Assembly: GCA_963827275.1 (NCBI GenBank)
Contig: CAWHAA010000003.1
Location: 1-49,460 of the forward strand
Direction of reading: 5' to 3'
DNA from: an uncultured Spirochaetota bacterium
Lineage (GTDB): Bacteria; Spirochaetota; UBA4802; UBA5550
DNA length: 49,460 nt
Shown here: in pieces, positions 1 to 8,360 of the stretch
Layout: each line of letters opens with the position of its first letter
How positions within the stretch are numbered: position 1 is the stretch's first letter
The notes under the pieces: model-generated
Told to the model about the DNA's origin: nothing
The model's input: the letters and a program-made list of their open reading frames with translations, nothing else
Databases searched by the model: none
Position numbers and translations under genes: made by a program

Positions 1-135
1 GAAACGGGCTCTGACGCCATCGGCTGACGGGTCCGGTTCACACGAAACAGGCCCTCTCCCGTTCCCCGTCTTGAAATAGACGGGGAACGGTAAAGAGCGG
101 CGCGGTACATTTATCAGTAACAATGGAGATTCAAT

Positions 136-1161
136 ATGAAAAAGATGTTAGTCGTTATTGCAATGATCGCGATGTTCACAAGCGCGGCAGCAGCGCAGGA
201 AAAGAAGGATAATGCCGGAAAACCGGGCGAGCCGATCGGCCTGTCGTTCGGCATGGATTATTTCAGCAACTACCTCTGGCGGGGGACCAAGTTCTTCAGC
301 GGAGATGGCGCCTTTATACCGAAGGTCGCCTGGAACATACCCGGCTCGGGACTGGTTCTCTCGGTCGCAGGAGAAATATCGTCAAGCTGGGTGTTTAACG
401 GATTCTCGAAGAAACCGGGGAAATACGATTACCGGATCGATTCGTCGGGCGGTATAACGCGCCGTCAGCTCAATTTCAACCACGCGGCATACGCGACCCA
501 GAGCCTGGATTTCGGCGCGGATTATTCCTGCACCATCAAGGACGCGGTCACGATCGGTGTGGGCGCGTGGTACTGGTGGTATTTCAATTCGCAAAATGCG
601 AGGGAATATGCGCGGCCGCAGGTGGACGGCCTGAACCGGGTGTCGTACGTCGACATCAGCTTCCTGACGACAACGGTCACGATCGGCCTCCCGATTGTGC
701 CCTGCGTCAATCCGGCCGTATCACTCACCCATGATTATTACACCGGCCTGAAACGGGGCGGCGACTACTACGCGACCCTGAGCCTCAACCATCCGTTCGA
801 GCTGACGAAGGAAGTCTCGCTCACGCCGGGGATCGTCGCGGGTTACTACTACAGCACGTCGACAAACCTGACCCGTTACAATATTATGTGGGACGCAACC
901 GCAGGCGCGCTTGATACGACTCCGAGCATGGGTTACGGCGGGCCTGTCCGCACGATCACCCTGGGCGGGGTGAAGCAGACCAGGACGCCGATCCGGAAGG
1001 GGTTCAGCGATATCACGCCGAGCCTCGTGCTCGCGTTCGCGAAAGGCCCGCTGTCCCTGAGCGGCGGCATCGACTGGAGCATCGTCCCTGCGAAATCGTG
1101 GTACACGGGCGCGGAGGTGCACCGGTTCTACGCAAGGATCGGCGCTACCTGTACAATATGA
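136..1161 (+). CDS. Exported outer-membrane beta-barrel protein (TorF/Gcw_chp-like putative porin)
   Basis: GGAG RBS; signal peptide MKKMLVVIAMIAMFTSAAAA; N-terminal 'DYFSNYLWRG' typical of this family; amphipathic beta strands; C-terminal FYARIGATCTI. Confidence 0.6.
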   Translation: MKKMLVVIAMIAMFTSAAAAQEKKDNAGKPGEPIGLSFGMDYFSNYLWRGTKFFSGDGAFIPKVAWNIPGSGLVLSVAGEISSSWVFNGFSKKPGKYDYRIDSSGGITRRQLNFNHAAYATQSLDFGADYSCTIKDAVTIGVGAWYWWYFNSQNAREYARPQVDGLNRVSYVDISFLTTTVTIGLPIVPCVNPAVSLTHDYYTGLKRGGDYYATLSLNHPFELTKEVSLTPGIVAGYYYSTSTNLTRYNIMWDATAGALDTTPSMGYGGPVRTITLGGVKQTRTPIRKGFSDITPSLVLAFAKGPLSLSGGIDWSIVPAKSWYTGAEVHRFYARIGATCTI

Positions 1162-1222
1162 TGAAAATCCTCTCCGGTCCCTTATTGCTGCCCGGAGTAC
1201 GGGCGGTGAGGAGGGACTTTTT

Positions 1223-1690
1223 TTATCCCATCATCGTTTCCGGGATCTTCACCGCGACAACGCTTCCGCGGGCGCATACCACCCCGTTCACCGAGAGGTC
1301 CGTCTCCACCACGACCTTCCGAGCCCTGATCTCCTTCACGCGCGAGCGAAGCTCAAGCGGCGGGCCCAGGGGCGTGGGCTTAAGGAAATCCACGTGGAGT
1401 GATCCGGTCACGAACCGGAGCGCCGGCTCCGACCCTGGCTCGCGGCCCTCGTGCCGGTAGGCGGCCATGGCGGCGGTCCCGGTGCTGTGGCAGTCTATCA
1501 CCGAAGCGATGAGGCCCCCGTACACGAACCCCGGGAAGGCGGTATGCTCCGGCCGCGGGGTGAAGGAGCAGACGCTTTCCTCTCCCTCCCAGTAACTTGT
1601 AATGTGCAGGCCCTGTTCGTTGCGGGTTCCGCACCCGTAACAGTGGCTGAAATTTTCCGGGTACAACTCCTGCATGGCTTGTCGCGTCAT
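1223..1690 (-). CDS. PaaI/hotdog-fold acyl-CoA thioesterase
   Basis: CYGCG..N..GL, 'FPGFVYGGLIASVIDC', 'VTGSLHVDFLKPTP'; start moved to ATG 1690 after AGGA-like RBS. Confidence 0.85.
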   Translation of the reverse strand: MTRQAMQELYPENFSHCYGCGTRNEQGLHITSYWEGEESVCSFTPRPEHTAFPGFVYGGLIASVIDCHSTGTAAMAAYRHEGREPGSEPALRFVTGSLHVDFLKPTPLGPPLELRSRVKEIRARKVVVETDLSVNGVVCARGSVVAVKIPETMMG

Positions 1691-1791
1691 GCCTTTCCTC
1701 CTTTTCCGGCAGCTCCGTTTCCATGCGAGTGTGCGCACGGCGGGCGGGAATGTCGAGCGTTTTATGTTGAGGGCCCACGCTGAAATATAAT

Positions 1792-1815
1792 CATCAGCGG
1801 CATGTCCCGCTGATG
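1792..1815 (-). terminator. Hairpin between the GNAT-like gene and the thioesterase
   Basis: catcagcgg-N6-ccgctgatg followed by an AT-rich tail on the minus strand. Confidence 0.45.
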
Positions 1816-1829
1816 GGGGCGGGTATGGA

Positions 1830-2579
1830 TCAATACTTGAACGGGTCCATGTACGTCAGCCCGTTGCCCTCGGGCCGATCGAGCTGCTTGTAGTCCTTCT
1901 CGTAAGCGGCAAGGAATGCCCGCGCTTTTTCAAAGGTGAAGAAGAGGTCGTTGTCCTTTCCGCGCTTGCCCTTGTGAAACTCGAACCCGTAATTCTTCAC
2001 GTAAATTTCGTTAATCAGGGTGGCGTCGGTCCGGGCCGTCAGGTCCACGGCTATAGCGTCATTTTTTTCGTTGGGATGCATGTGCATGGCGTAGGCGATC
2101 GCAAGCGCGACGGTCGCCCTGCCCACGCCCCGCACCCGGTAGAAGCTGTCGTCTTTCTGGTATTTTCCAAGGTAGGACAGGATGGTGTTGTCCGGGTAGT
2201 TCAGCGGCAGGGACGTGAAATAATCGATATAAACTCCGGAGCGGGGATTTGTCGTGGTGAACCGGTAGTTGAAGATGTTGTATCCAAGCAGGAGGAGCGT
2301 CTTGCCGTACGATAAGACGATGGCGTGGGACACGAAATGGTTCTTCTTCAGAAAATCAATGGCGCCGAGACGCCGGTCCTCGGGCTCGGAGTGAATGCCG
2401 TACCGGCTGTAGTAGAATTCCTGGAGCGCGTTTTGGCCCCGGTCGTTCATGGTTTTAAAAAGCTTTTCCTCGATGCGGTGAAGGGGCATGATTCTTCCCG
2501 CAACAAGCTTCCTGTTGATATAGATGGGGGCCCAGTGGGCCTTGATGCTGAATTTCAGTCCGCTTACGTTGTCGCTCAT
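1830..2579 (-). CDS. Putative GNAT-family N-acetyltransferase
   Basis: Acetyl-CoA motif A-like 'YRVRGVGRATVALAIAYAM' and motif B-like 'IYVKNYGF'; start at ATG 2579 just downstream of a consensus promoter. Confidence 0.55.
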   Translation of the reverse strand: MSDNVSGLKFSIKAHWAPIYINRKLVAGRIMPLHRIEEKLFKTMNDRGQNALQEFYYSRYGIHSEPEDRRLGAIDFLKKNHFVSHAIVLSYGKTLLLLGYNIFNYRFTTTNPRSGVYIDYFTSLPLNYPDNTILSYLGKYQKDDSFYRVRGVGRATVALAIAYAMHMHPNEKNDAIAVDLTARTDATLINEIYVKNYGFEFHKGKRGKDNDLFFTFEKARAFLAAYEKDYKQLDRPEGNGLTYMDPFKY

Positions 2580-2633
2580 GACGCTTTGAGCCGGCGCGCG
2601 CTCGGTGGCGGCACAGGTTCCCGATATCCGGTA

Positions 2634-2662
2634 ATAGTACAGGCGCGGCCTGGGGACGTCAA
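2634..2662 (-). promoter_or_regulatory. Sigma70-type promoter of the GNAT-like gene
   Basis: TTGACG-N17-TACTAT on the minus strand, about 55 nt upstream of ATG 2579. Confidence 0.6.
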
Positions 2663-2718
2663 GGTAGATACTGGTTTTTCCCCCCGCTACGGCCGTTTTT
2701 TTCTGCCGGCGCAGCGGG

Positions 2719-3705
2719 TCAGGACGGCGCCGAAGTTTCGCTGCCGGTTTCAATGCCGTCCGGCGCCATGCCCGGGAACGTGCGCGCGTAGAGCCGGGGG
2801 CCAATCCAGTACACGTAGGGAAGGGCGACCAGCAGGCCCGCTATTCCGTCGACGGCATAGTGGTAACGGCAGTACACGGTGGCAACGCACAGGCTCGCGG
2901 CGACGGGCAGCGTGATCCAGAAAGCGGGCCGGGCGAAGCGCCAGGCCAGGAGGAGGACAGCCACGGTGCCGGCGATGTGGCTGGACGGCATCGCTGCGCC
3001 GGGAATATCGGCCCTCGACAGGAACGCGCGGGCGAACTCCGAGACCGGCCCGGCTTCGAGGTAGCCCCTCACTGCCGGGTCGTAATGGATCGGGCCGCGC
3101 GCCGGGAGAATCGACTCGAGTACGAAGCAGGTAAACATGACCGAGCCGATGATGAACGCGACGTAAAAAAATTCCCTGGTGCGTTTTGAAGCGTAGAGGT
3201 AGAGCGGCAGGTAGAGCGTGATCAGGTAATAGGAAAGGTACGAGAGGTTCATCCATTCCGTGAGCAATGTCCGGTCCCCGCACCGGTGGACCAGGTCTCG
3301 GGACACGTTGAACCCGAAGAGCATGACGTCGGCGCGCATCAGGGCGCCGTCGAACGGCGCGGAGAAAAACATCCTGCTGATCGGATAGGACCACTGGTAA
3401 AAGGGCGTCATCAGGAATACAGGGTAGATGTGACGCAGGAACCGGACCGCCGGGAGCCGGGCGGCCGGGTGTTGCGACCGGTCAAGCGCGGGTACCGCGA
3501 ACAGGGAGACGGACATGATGGCGGCGTATCTCAGGATGAACTCGACAGCGGCGGCGCCCTCCTTCCGTACGCGAAGCGACAGGAGCAGGATCATGACCGT
3601 GCAGTGGCAGACCACGAGCAGGTCGACCGGCGTAAGCCTGTTTAAAAGCTGGCGGGTCAGGTTCCGCACCGCGTCCGGAATTTCCGTGAATGTCGTCGTG
3701 TGCAT
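2719..3705 (-). CDS. PAP2-superfamily membrane phosphatase/phosphotransferase (Aur1/IPC-synthase-like)
   Basis: Multiple TM helices; motifs PARGP, AMPSSH, RYHYAVDGIAG; ATG 3705 after GGGAG. Confidence 0.8.
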   Translation of the reverse strand: MHTTTFTEIPDAVRNLTRQLLNRLTPVDLLVVCHCTVMILLLSLRVRKEGAAAVEFILRYAAIMSVSLFAVPALDRSQHPAARLPAVRFLRHIYPVFLMTPFYQWSYPISRMFFSAPFDGALMRADVMLFGFNVSRDLVHRCGDRTLLTEWMNLSYLSYYLITLYLPLYLYASKRTREFFYVAFIIGSVMFTCFVLESILPARGPIHYDPAVRGYLEAGPVSEFARAFLSRADIPGAAMPSSHIAGTVAVLLLAWRFARPAFWITLPVAASLCVATVYCRYHYAVDGIAGLLVALPYVYWIGPRLYARTFPGMAPDGIETGSETSAPS

Positions 3706-3926
3706 GTTCAGCTCCCGGCCGGGTCGTATCGGGAAACGATCTCGAATCAAAGATATCACGGATCGTATTATATGTCAACAGGTTAGCTGAAAACGGGATA
3801 ACGGCCGTCACCGTGCCGGCGCGCTCCCCGCGTATGATTGAAAATCCCATTCTGCGTAAATTGTTATTGAATTATACGGGGTATCAAGCACATTTTTGCA
3901 CGGGCGCGTCCGGGCGCCCGGATATT

Positions 3927-4250
3927 ATGAGAGAATACGTTCACAGAAAACCGGGAGATGAGACCCGCTCGGTCCCCCTCTTCTATACGGTCAGGGAGGA
4001 GTGCAGGCTGGACCTGGACGGCCGCGAGATACTCTACCTGGTTGGAGAGACGCCGATAGGGAGCGCCTGCGTGGGCGCCGGCGTGCTCGGCTATATCTTC
4101 GTCCACGGCTTCGTCCTGGAATGGCACGCGGCCTTCGCTGATGACGGCTCGCCGGTGAGCCGCGTGGAGCCGATAACGGATGAGTGCGCGCGCGCCCGGG
4201 TCCGCGCTCTCCTCGCCCCCCGGCACCCCGGGCTGCAGGTGTGCTTTTGA
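3927..4250 (+). CDS. Hypothetical protein (about 107 aa)
   Basis: GC3-biased ORF from ATG 3927; its TGA overlaps the TTG start of the MFS gene. Confidence 0.65.
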   Translation: MREYVHRKPGDETRSVPLFYTVREECRLDLDGREILYLVGETPIGSACVGAGVLGYIFVHGFVLEWHAAFADDGSPVSRVEPITDECARARVRALLAPRHPGLQVCF

Positions 4251-5572
4251 AAATAGAAGAACATAACAGAACCGGCCTGCTCCGGGCGCTCAGGGCCCTG
4301 CGCTACCGGAACTACCGGCTCTTTTTTTTCGGCCAGGGCGTTTCCTTTATCGGCACCTGGATGCAGGGTATCGCGACCAGCTGGCTGGTGTACCGCATGA
4401 CCGATTCGGAGTTCATGCTGGGCCTCACCGCCTTCGTCGGGCAGATCCCCGTGTTCCTGATATCGCCCATCGCCGGGGTATTGATAGACCGGTTCGACCG
4501 CCGGCGCATTCTTATCGCCGTACAGGTGCTGTCTATGGTCCAGGCCTTCACCCTCGCCGCGGTTACCATGATCGGTGTCGTGCAGGTATGGCACGTCATC
4601 GCCCTGGGCTTCTGTCTGGGCATGATCAACGCCTTCGAGATGCCGGCGCGGCAGTCCTTCGTCATCCTGATGGTGGAGGACCGCGCGGACCTGGGCAACG
4701 CAATCGCGCTGAATTCCGGGCTCTTCAACGGATCGCGGCTCATCGGCCCGGCGATCGCAGGACTCCTGGTCGCATACGCCGGGGAGGGGATCTGTTTCCT
4801 TGCGAACGGGACGAGCTACCTGGCCGCCCTGGCCGCCCTGCTTATGATGAAAATGCCGGGACGCGGCACGGTACGCCCCCCGGGCAGGCTCTTCGCTGAT
4901 CTCAGGGTCGGTCTCGCGCATTCCTTCGGGTTCCGGCCCATCCGCGACCTGATACTCACGGTATCGCTCATGAGCCTGGTGGCGATGTCTTTTCCCGTGC
5001 TCCTTCCGGTCTTCGCGACCCGCATCTTCGGGGGCGGCTCGCACACGTACGGCTTCCTGGTGGCCGCCTCGGGGCTGGGCGCGCTCATGGGGACCATTTT
5101 CCTGGCGATGCAGAAAAACGTGCTGGGCCTGGGCAGGATCATCATCGCGGCGATGCTCCTCTCCGGGTGCGGGCTTATCGCGCTGTCGTTCTCCCGCGTT
5201 TACGCCTTCACGCTCTTCCTGCTGGTGGTCATGGGCTTCGGCATGATCGTGACCATGGCCTCGTGCAACACCATGGTGCAGACCATCGTGGACGAGGACA
5301 AGCGGGGCAGGGTCATGAGCCTGTACGTCATGGCCTTCATGGGGGCTGCCCCGCTCGGCAGCCTGATCGCCGGCAGCGTTTCGACCGCCGTAGGGCCGTC
5401 TCTCACCGTGTTCTTCGGCGGCATTCTCTGCCTGGCGGGCGGGACCGCGTTCGCCCTTCGTCTGCCGGCCCTCGGGAACATCATACGTCCCATCTACGGG
5501 AAAATGGGCATAATACCGGAGGTGGCCGCTGGCATACAGAGCGCTGACGAGGTGGAGAAAATCCCGGAATGA
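4247..5572 (+). CDS. MFS transporter (MFS_3/DHA3-like)
   Basis: About 12 TM segments; 'RALRYRNYRLFFFGQGVSFIGTWMQ', motif A 'GVLIDRFDRRRIL', 'DEDKRGRVMSLY'. Confidence 0.9.
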   Translation: MKIEEHNRTGLLRALRALRYRNYRLFFFGQGVSFIGTWMQGIATSWLVYRMTDSEFMLGLTAFVGQIPVFLISPIAGVLIDRFDRRRILIAVQVLSMVQAFTLAAVTMIGVVQVWHVIALGFCLGMINAFEMPARQSFVILMVEDRADLGNAIALNSGLFNGSRLIGPAIAGLLVAYAGEGICFLANGTSYLAALAALLMMKMPGRGTVRPPGRLFADLRVGLAHSFGFRPIRDLILTVSLMSLVAMSFPVLLPVFATRIFGGGSHTYGFLVAASGLGALMGTIFLAMQKNVLGLGRIIIAAMLLSGCGLIALSFSRVYAFTLFLLVVMGFGMIVTMASCNTMVQTIVDEDKRGRVMSLYVMAFMGAAPLGSLIAGSVSTAVGPSLTVFFGGILCLAGGTAFALRLPALGNIIRPIYGKMGIIPEVAAGIQSADEVEKIPE

Positions 5573-5680
5573 AAACGTCCTGCGGCAGGGGATCGCCCGA
5601 TTTTTTTTCCCGGGGCCTAATTGTTGATGACATGCTGCGGCGGGCCTGCTTAATCGTCCAGCTATCAGGGGGGTAAGATA

Positions 5681-6487
5681 ATGCTACACGAGCTTATAAC
5701 GCCGGTCATCCTGGGGATCGTCGAGGGTATCACGGAATTCCTTCCGATCTCGTCCACCGGGCACCTCATTATTATAAACGAATTCACCGGCTTCACCGGC
5801 CCCTTCGCGAAAATGTTCGATGTGGTCATCCAGTTCGGGGCCATCCTCGCCGTTGTCGTCTTCTATAGGAAGCGGCTTTTTTATCCCCTTGTATCGGGAG
5901 AGGGGGGGGAGAGGCGGCGCAGCCTGTCCCTCTGGGCAAAGGCCGCCGTCGGCGTGCTGCCGGCGCTTGTCCTGGGCTACCTTTTCGGCAAGCAGATACA
6001 GGAGCTTCTCTTTAATCCCCGGATCGTCGCGGCGGCGCTTATCATCGGCGGGGCGCTCCTTATTGTCGTAGAAAAAACAAATAAGACCGTCACGATCAGC
6101 GAGGTGGACGACCTCGATTATAAAACAGTCCTCCTTGTCGGTTTGATACAATGCTGTGCCATGGTGCCGGGCACGTCACGGTCGGCAGCCACGATCATAG
6201 GCGCAATGGCGCTGGGCGCTTCGCGGACCGCGGCCGCTGAGTTTTCCTTTTTCCTGGCCATACCGACTATGGCCGCTGCCTCCGCGTACATGGTCATTAA
6301 AAACGGTGCTGCAATGAGCGGGGCCCAGGCCGTACAGCTCTCGGTCGGCTTCGTCGTGTCGTTCATTGCCGCCTACCTGGTCATTGCCGCATTTATCAAG
6401 TTCATCTCCCGGCATGATTTTGTTCCCTTCGGGGTTTACCGTATAGCCCTCGGTATCGCGGTGCTTGCCTATTTCTGTCTGAGATAA
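5681..6487 (+). CDS. uppP: Undecaprenyl-diphosphate phosphatase (BacA)
   Basis: 'GIVEGITEFLPISSTGHL', 'PGTSRSAATI', 'AAEFSFFLAIP'. Confidence 0.97.
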   Translation: MLHELITPVILGIVEGITEFLPISSTGHLIIINEFTGFTGPFAKMFDVVIQFGAILAVVVFYRKRLFYPLVSGEGGERRRSLSLWAKAAVGVLPALVLGYLFGKQIQELLFNPRIVAAALIIGGALLIVVEKTNKTVTISEVDDLDYKTVLLVGLIQCCAMVPGTSRSAATIIGAMALGASRTAAAEFSFFLAIPTMAAASAYMVIKNGAAMSGAQAVQLSVGFVVSFIAAYLVIAAFIKFISRHDFVPFGVYRIALGIAVLAYFCLR

Positions 6488-6512
6488 AGCCGTCGCCAGT
6501 GCCTGTCGTCCT

Positions 6513-6704
6513 TCAGTGAATATAGGTCCCGAACCCCTCCTCGGGGTCGGCGCGCTGAACCGCGTCCCTCCCCATCGATCGTTCGTCGCTCTCCTCGTCG
6601 AGGAAGCTGATCATCTCTTCCGGGTCGTCGAGACGATACGGGATATCTCCCGCGGCCGTTCCGCCTACCAGCACCATGCCTTCCCAGGTTTCATGAGCAT
6701 CCAT
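6513..6704 (-). CDS. Small acidic hypothetical protein (63 aa)
   Basis: ATG preceded by AAGGGGG; D/E-rich; fills the gap convergent with uppP. Confidence 0.45.
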   Translation of the reverse strand: MDAHETWEGMVLVGGTAAGDIPYRLDDPEEMISFLDEESDERSMGRDAVQRADPEEGFGTYIH

Positions 6705-6880
6705 GGTCCACCCCCTTGCCTGCGATTAAATTTACGTGATAGGGTAAGATACGGAGATTCCCCGGAAGAAACAAAAAAAAGAGACGGGCGGCGCGGTTTT
6801 TTTCCGAGCCCGCACCGGCGGATTATTCGCGGAGGGCAGCGCCGCCGGCCCCGGAAACCCGGCGCCCATGTGAGGACGGT

Positions 6881-7732
6881 TCAATAGCTCTGCTCGGTCC
6901 CGAATGCCCCTCGTCCCGCCATCGGCGTGTACTCGAACTCGGGAAACACCTTTTTCAGCCCCTCGACGACCTGTTCGCTTACGTGGAGCGGCGTCTTGAC
7001 GCCCCTGCCGTATATGTTCGACCCCGCGTCGACGAGAAAGTGCTTTTTACCGTCCCTGGTCCCATCGGTTTTCATGTGGCCGCCATGGGACGGGTGAAAG
7101 TTGAACTCCTCGTTCTTTAAAATCGTCGTTGTTTCATCGTGCGCCTTGGTGCCGGCCGAGTAAAACCGGGGGATATAGTGTTTCTGATGGAGCACGAGCG
7201 CCAGGTAGGTTATATGGCTTCCCTGGTGGAGGGCCTGCAGTCTCTGTAAAAAGATGTCGTTGCAGGCGCGCTCCGGGCTGCGCCGCTCGCTGAACCTTCC
7301 GATGCGGAATTTCTGCTGCACCGGCACAAAGAGAAAATTCAGCGAATTCGTCTCCGCGAGCTTCAGGACCTGCTCCGGCACATAGGACAGTCCTATGAAA
7401 TCGATCATCTGGTCCTGTATCCCGGCGTGCTTTTGAAAAAGCGACCATTCCCTGATTATGGCCAGGGCCTTTTTCGCCGACGCGCCGGTGCCGAACGAGG
7501 AGGCCGAGTAGTAAACCCGGTCCCCGGGACGGGGTTTGAGAACGCCCATGCTGGAAGCGAGCGTGCCTGCCGCGAGGTCGATTATGTTGATGAGGATCAT
7601 GTTGCCGTCCTGGTCGTATTCCAGGAAGCTCCCCTGCTGGTCCTTGCCTTCGCCGATCCGGCGGACAATGGTACCGGGTTTGAGCTTCTTTTTTCCGGTA
7701 AGGGGCTTCAGCCAGGTTTCAATGGATTTCAT
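6881..7732 (-). CDS. Hypothetical protein with a possible Janus/Ocnus (PHPT1)-like C-terminal domain
   Basis: GGAGG RBS; own promoter; C-terminal pattern AH..HGGHMK..VDAGSNIYG..LKKVFPEFEY. Confidence 0.75.
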   Translation of the reverse strand: MKSIETWLKPLTGKKKLKPGTIVRRIGEGKDQQGSFLEYDQDGNMILINIIDLAAGTLASSMGVLKPRPGDRVYYSASSFGTGASAKKALAIIREWSLFQKHAGIQDQMIDFIGLSYVPEQVLKLAETNSLNFLFVPVQQKFRIGRFSERRSPERACNDIFLQRLQALHQGSHITYLALVLHQKHYIPRFYSAGTKAHDETTTILKNEEFNFHPSHGGHMKTDGTRDGKKHFLVDAGSNIYGRGVKTPLHVSEQVVEGLKKVFPEFEYTPMAGRGAFGTEQSY

Positions 7733-7769
7733 GCCGGTCCTCCGTTTCAGGTATATCGTACTCCGTCAC

Positions 7770-7798
7770 AGTGTATGAGGGTAATAGATAATAGTCAA
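7770..7798 (-). promoter_or_regulatory. Sigma70-type promoter of the 6881-7732 gene
   Basis: TTGACT-N17-TACACT on the minus strand. Confidence 0.65.
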
Positions 7799-7909
7799 GA
7801 ATTTTGGGAACAGGAGCGCCGGGGAAATGACGGCTCATGGCCGATCACAGGGTTATAAAAAATGGAATAAAAATGGAGTAAAGCTGCGTGAAAGGGGGGT
7901 GTCGGATTT

Positions 7910-8088
7910 ACGGCGAACCATTAATAGCGGAAGCCACCCTCTTCCCGGGTGGCTCCCTAAGAACCGTTGATCATAGATGTACCTTAAACCCTGTTCTTCA
8001 GCTTTTATCACTTTTGCTTTTATCAAGCTAAAGACCGCACCGGCTTCGCCGTTTTGTGCTCTGTCTTATTGTGACAGGCTGAATTCTG
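7910..8088 (-). ncRNA. Candidate structured non-coding RNA (family unassigned)
   Basis: No ORF; closing stem acggcgaagcc/ggttcgccgt, several internal hairpins, upstream consensus promoter. Confidence 0.5.
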
Positions 8089-8093
8089 ATATC

Positions 8094-8122
8094 AATATAA
8101 TCATGATGCTTTGAATAATCAA
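8094..8122 (-). promoter_or_regulatory. Sigma70-type promoter upstream of the candidate ncRNA
   Basis: TTGATT-N17-TATATT on the minus strand with an AT-rich upstream region. Confidence 0.5.
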
Positions 8123-8360
8123 TTAATTTTTAGAGATGAGAAAATTTTTTTATGACGCATAAATCAGGCCATCGCGCTTCAGTATTAATACTTTTCATGC
8201 GAAATGAAACAGGGCCCCGGGGATTTGAAGGCGGCCTGTGTACGGTCAGGTGTCCCGTTGATCGGGGAAAAATGAATTGAAAAAATTGAACTTCTCGCAT
8301 ACATGTGAAGTATCAAACCGTCGCGTTACGGTATCCCGATTAGAATTATTGGTGCGCTAT

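Noticed and set aside
7955..8000. c-di-GMP-I (GEMM) riboswitch suggested by AGGGTTTAAGG..CTATGAT on the minus strand
   Set aside because: The upstream GGCAAAC..GAAA..GACGCAAA portion is missing; only the receptor-like loop matches.
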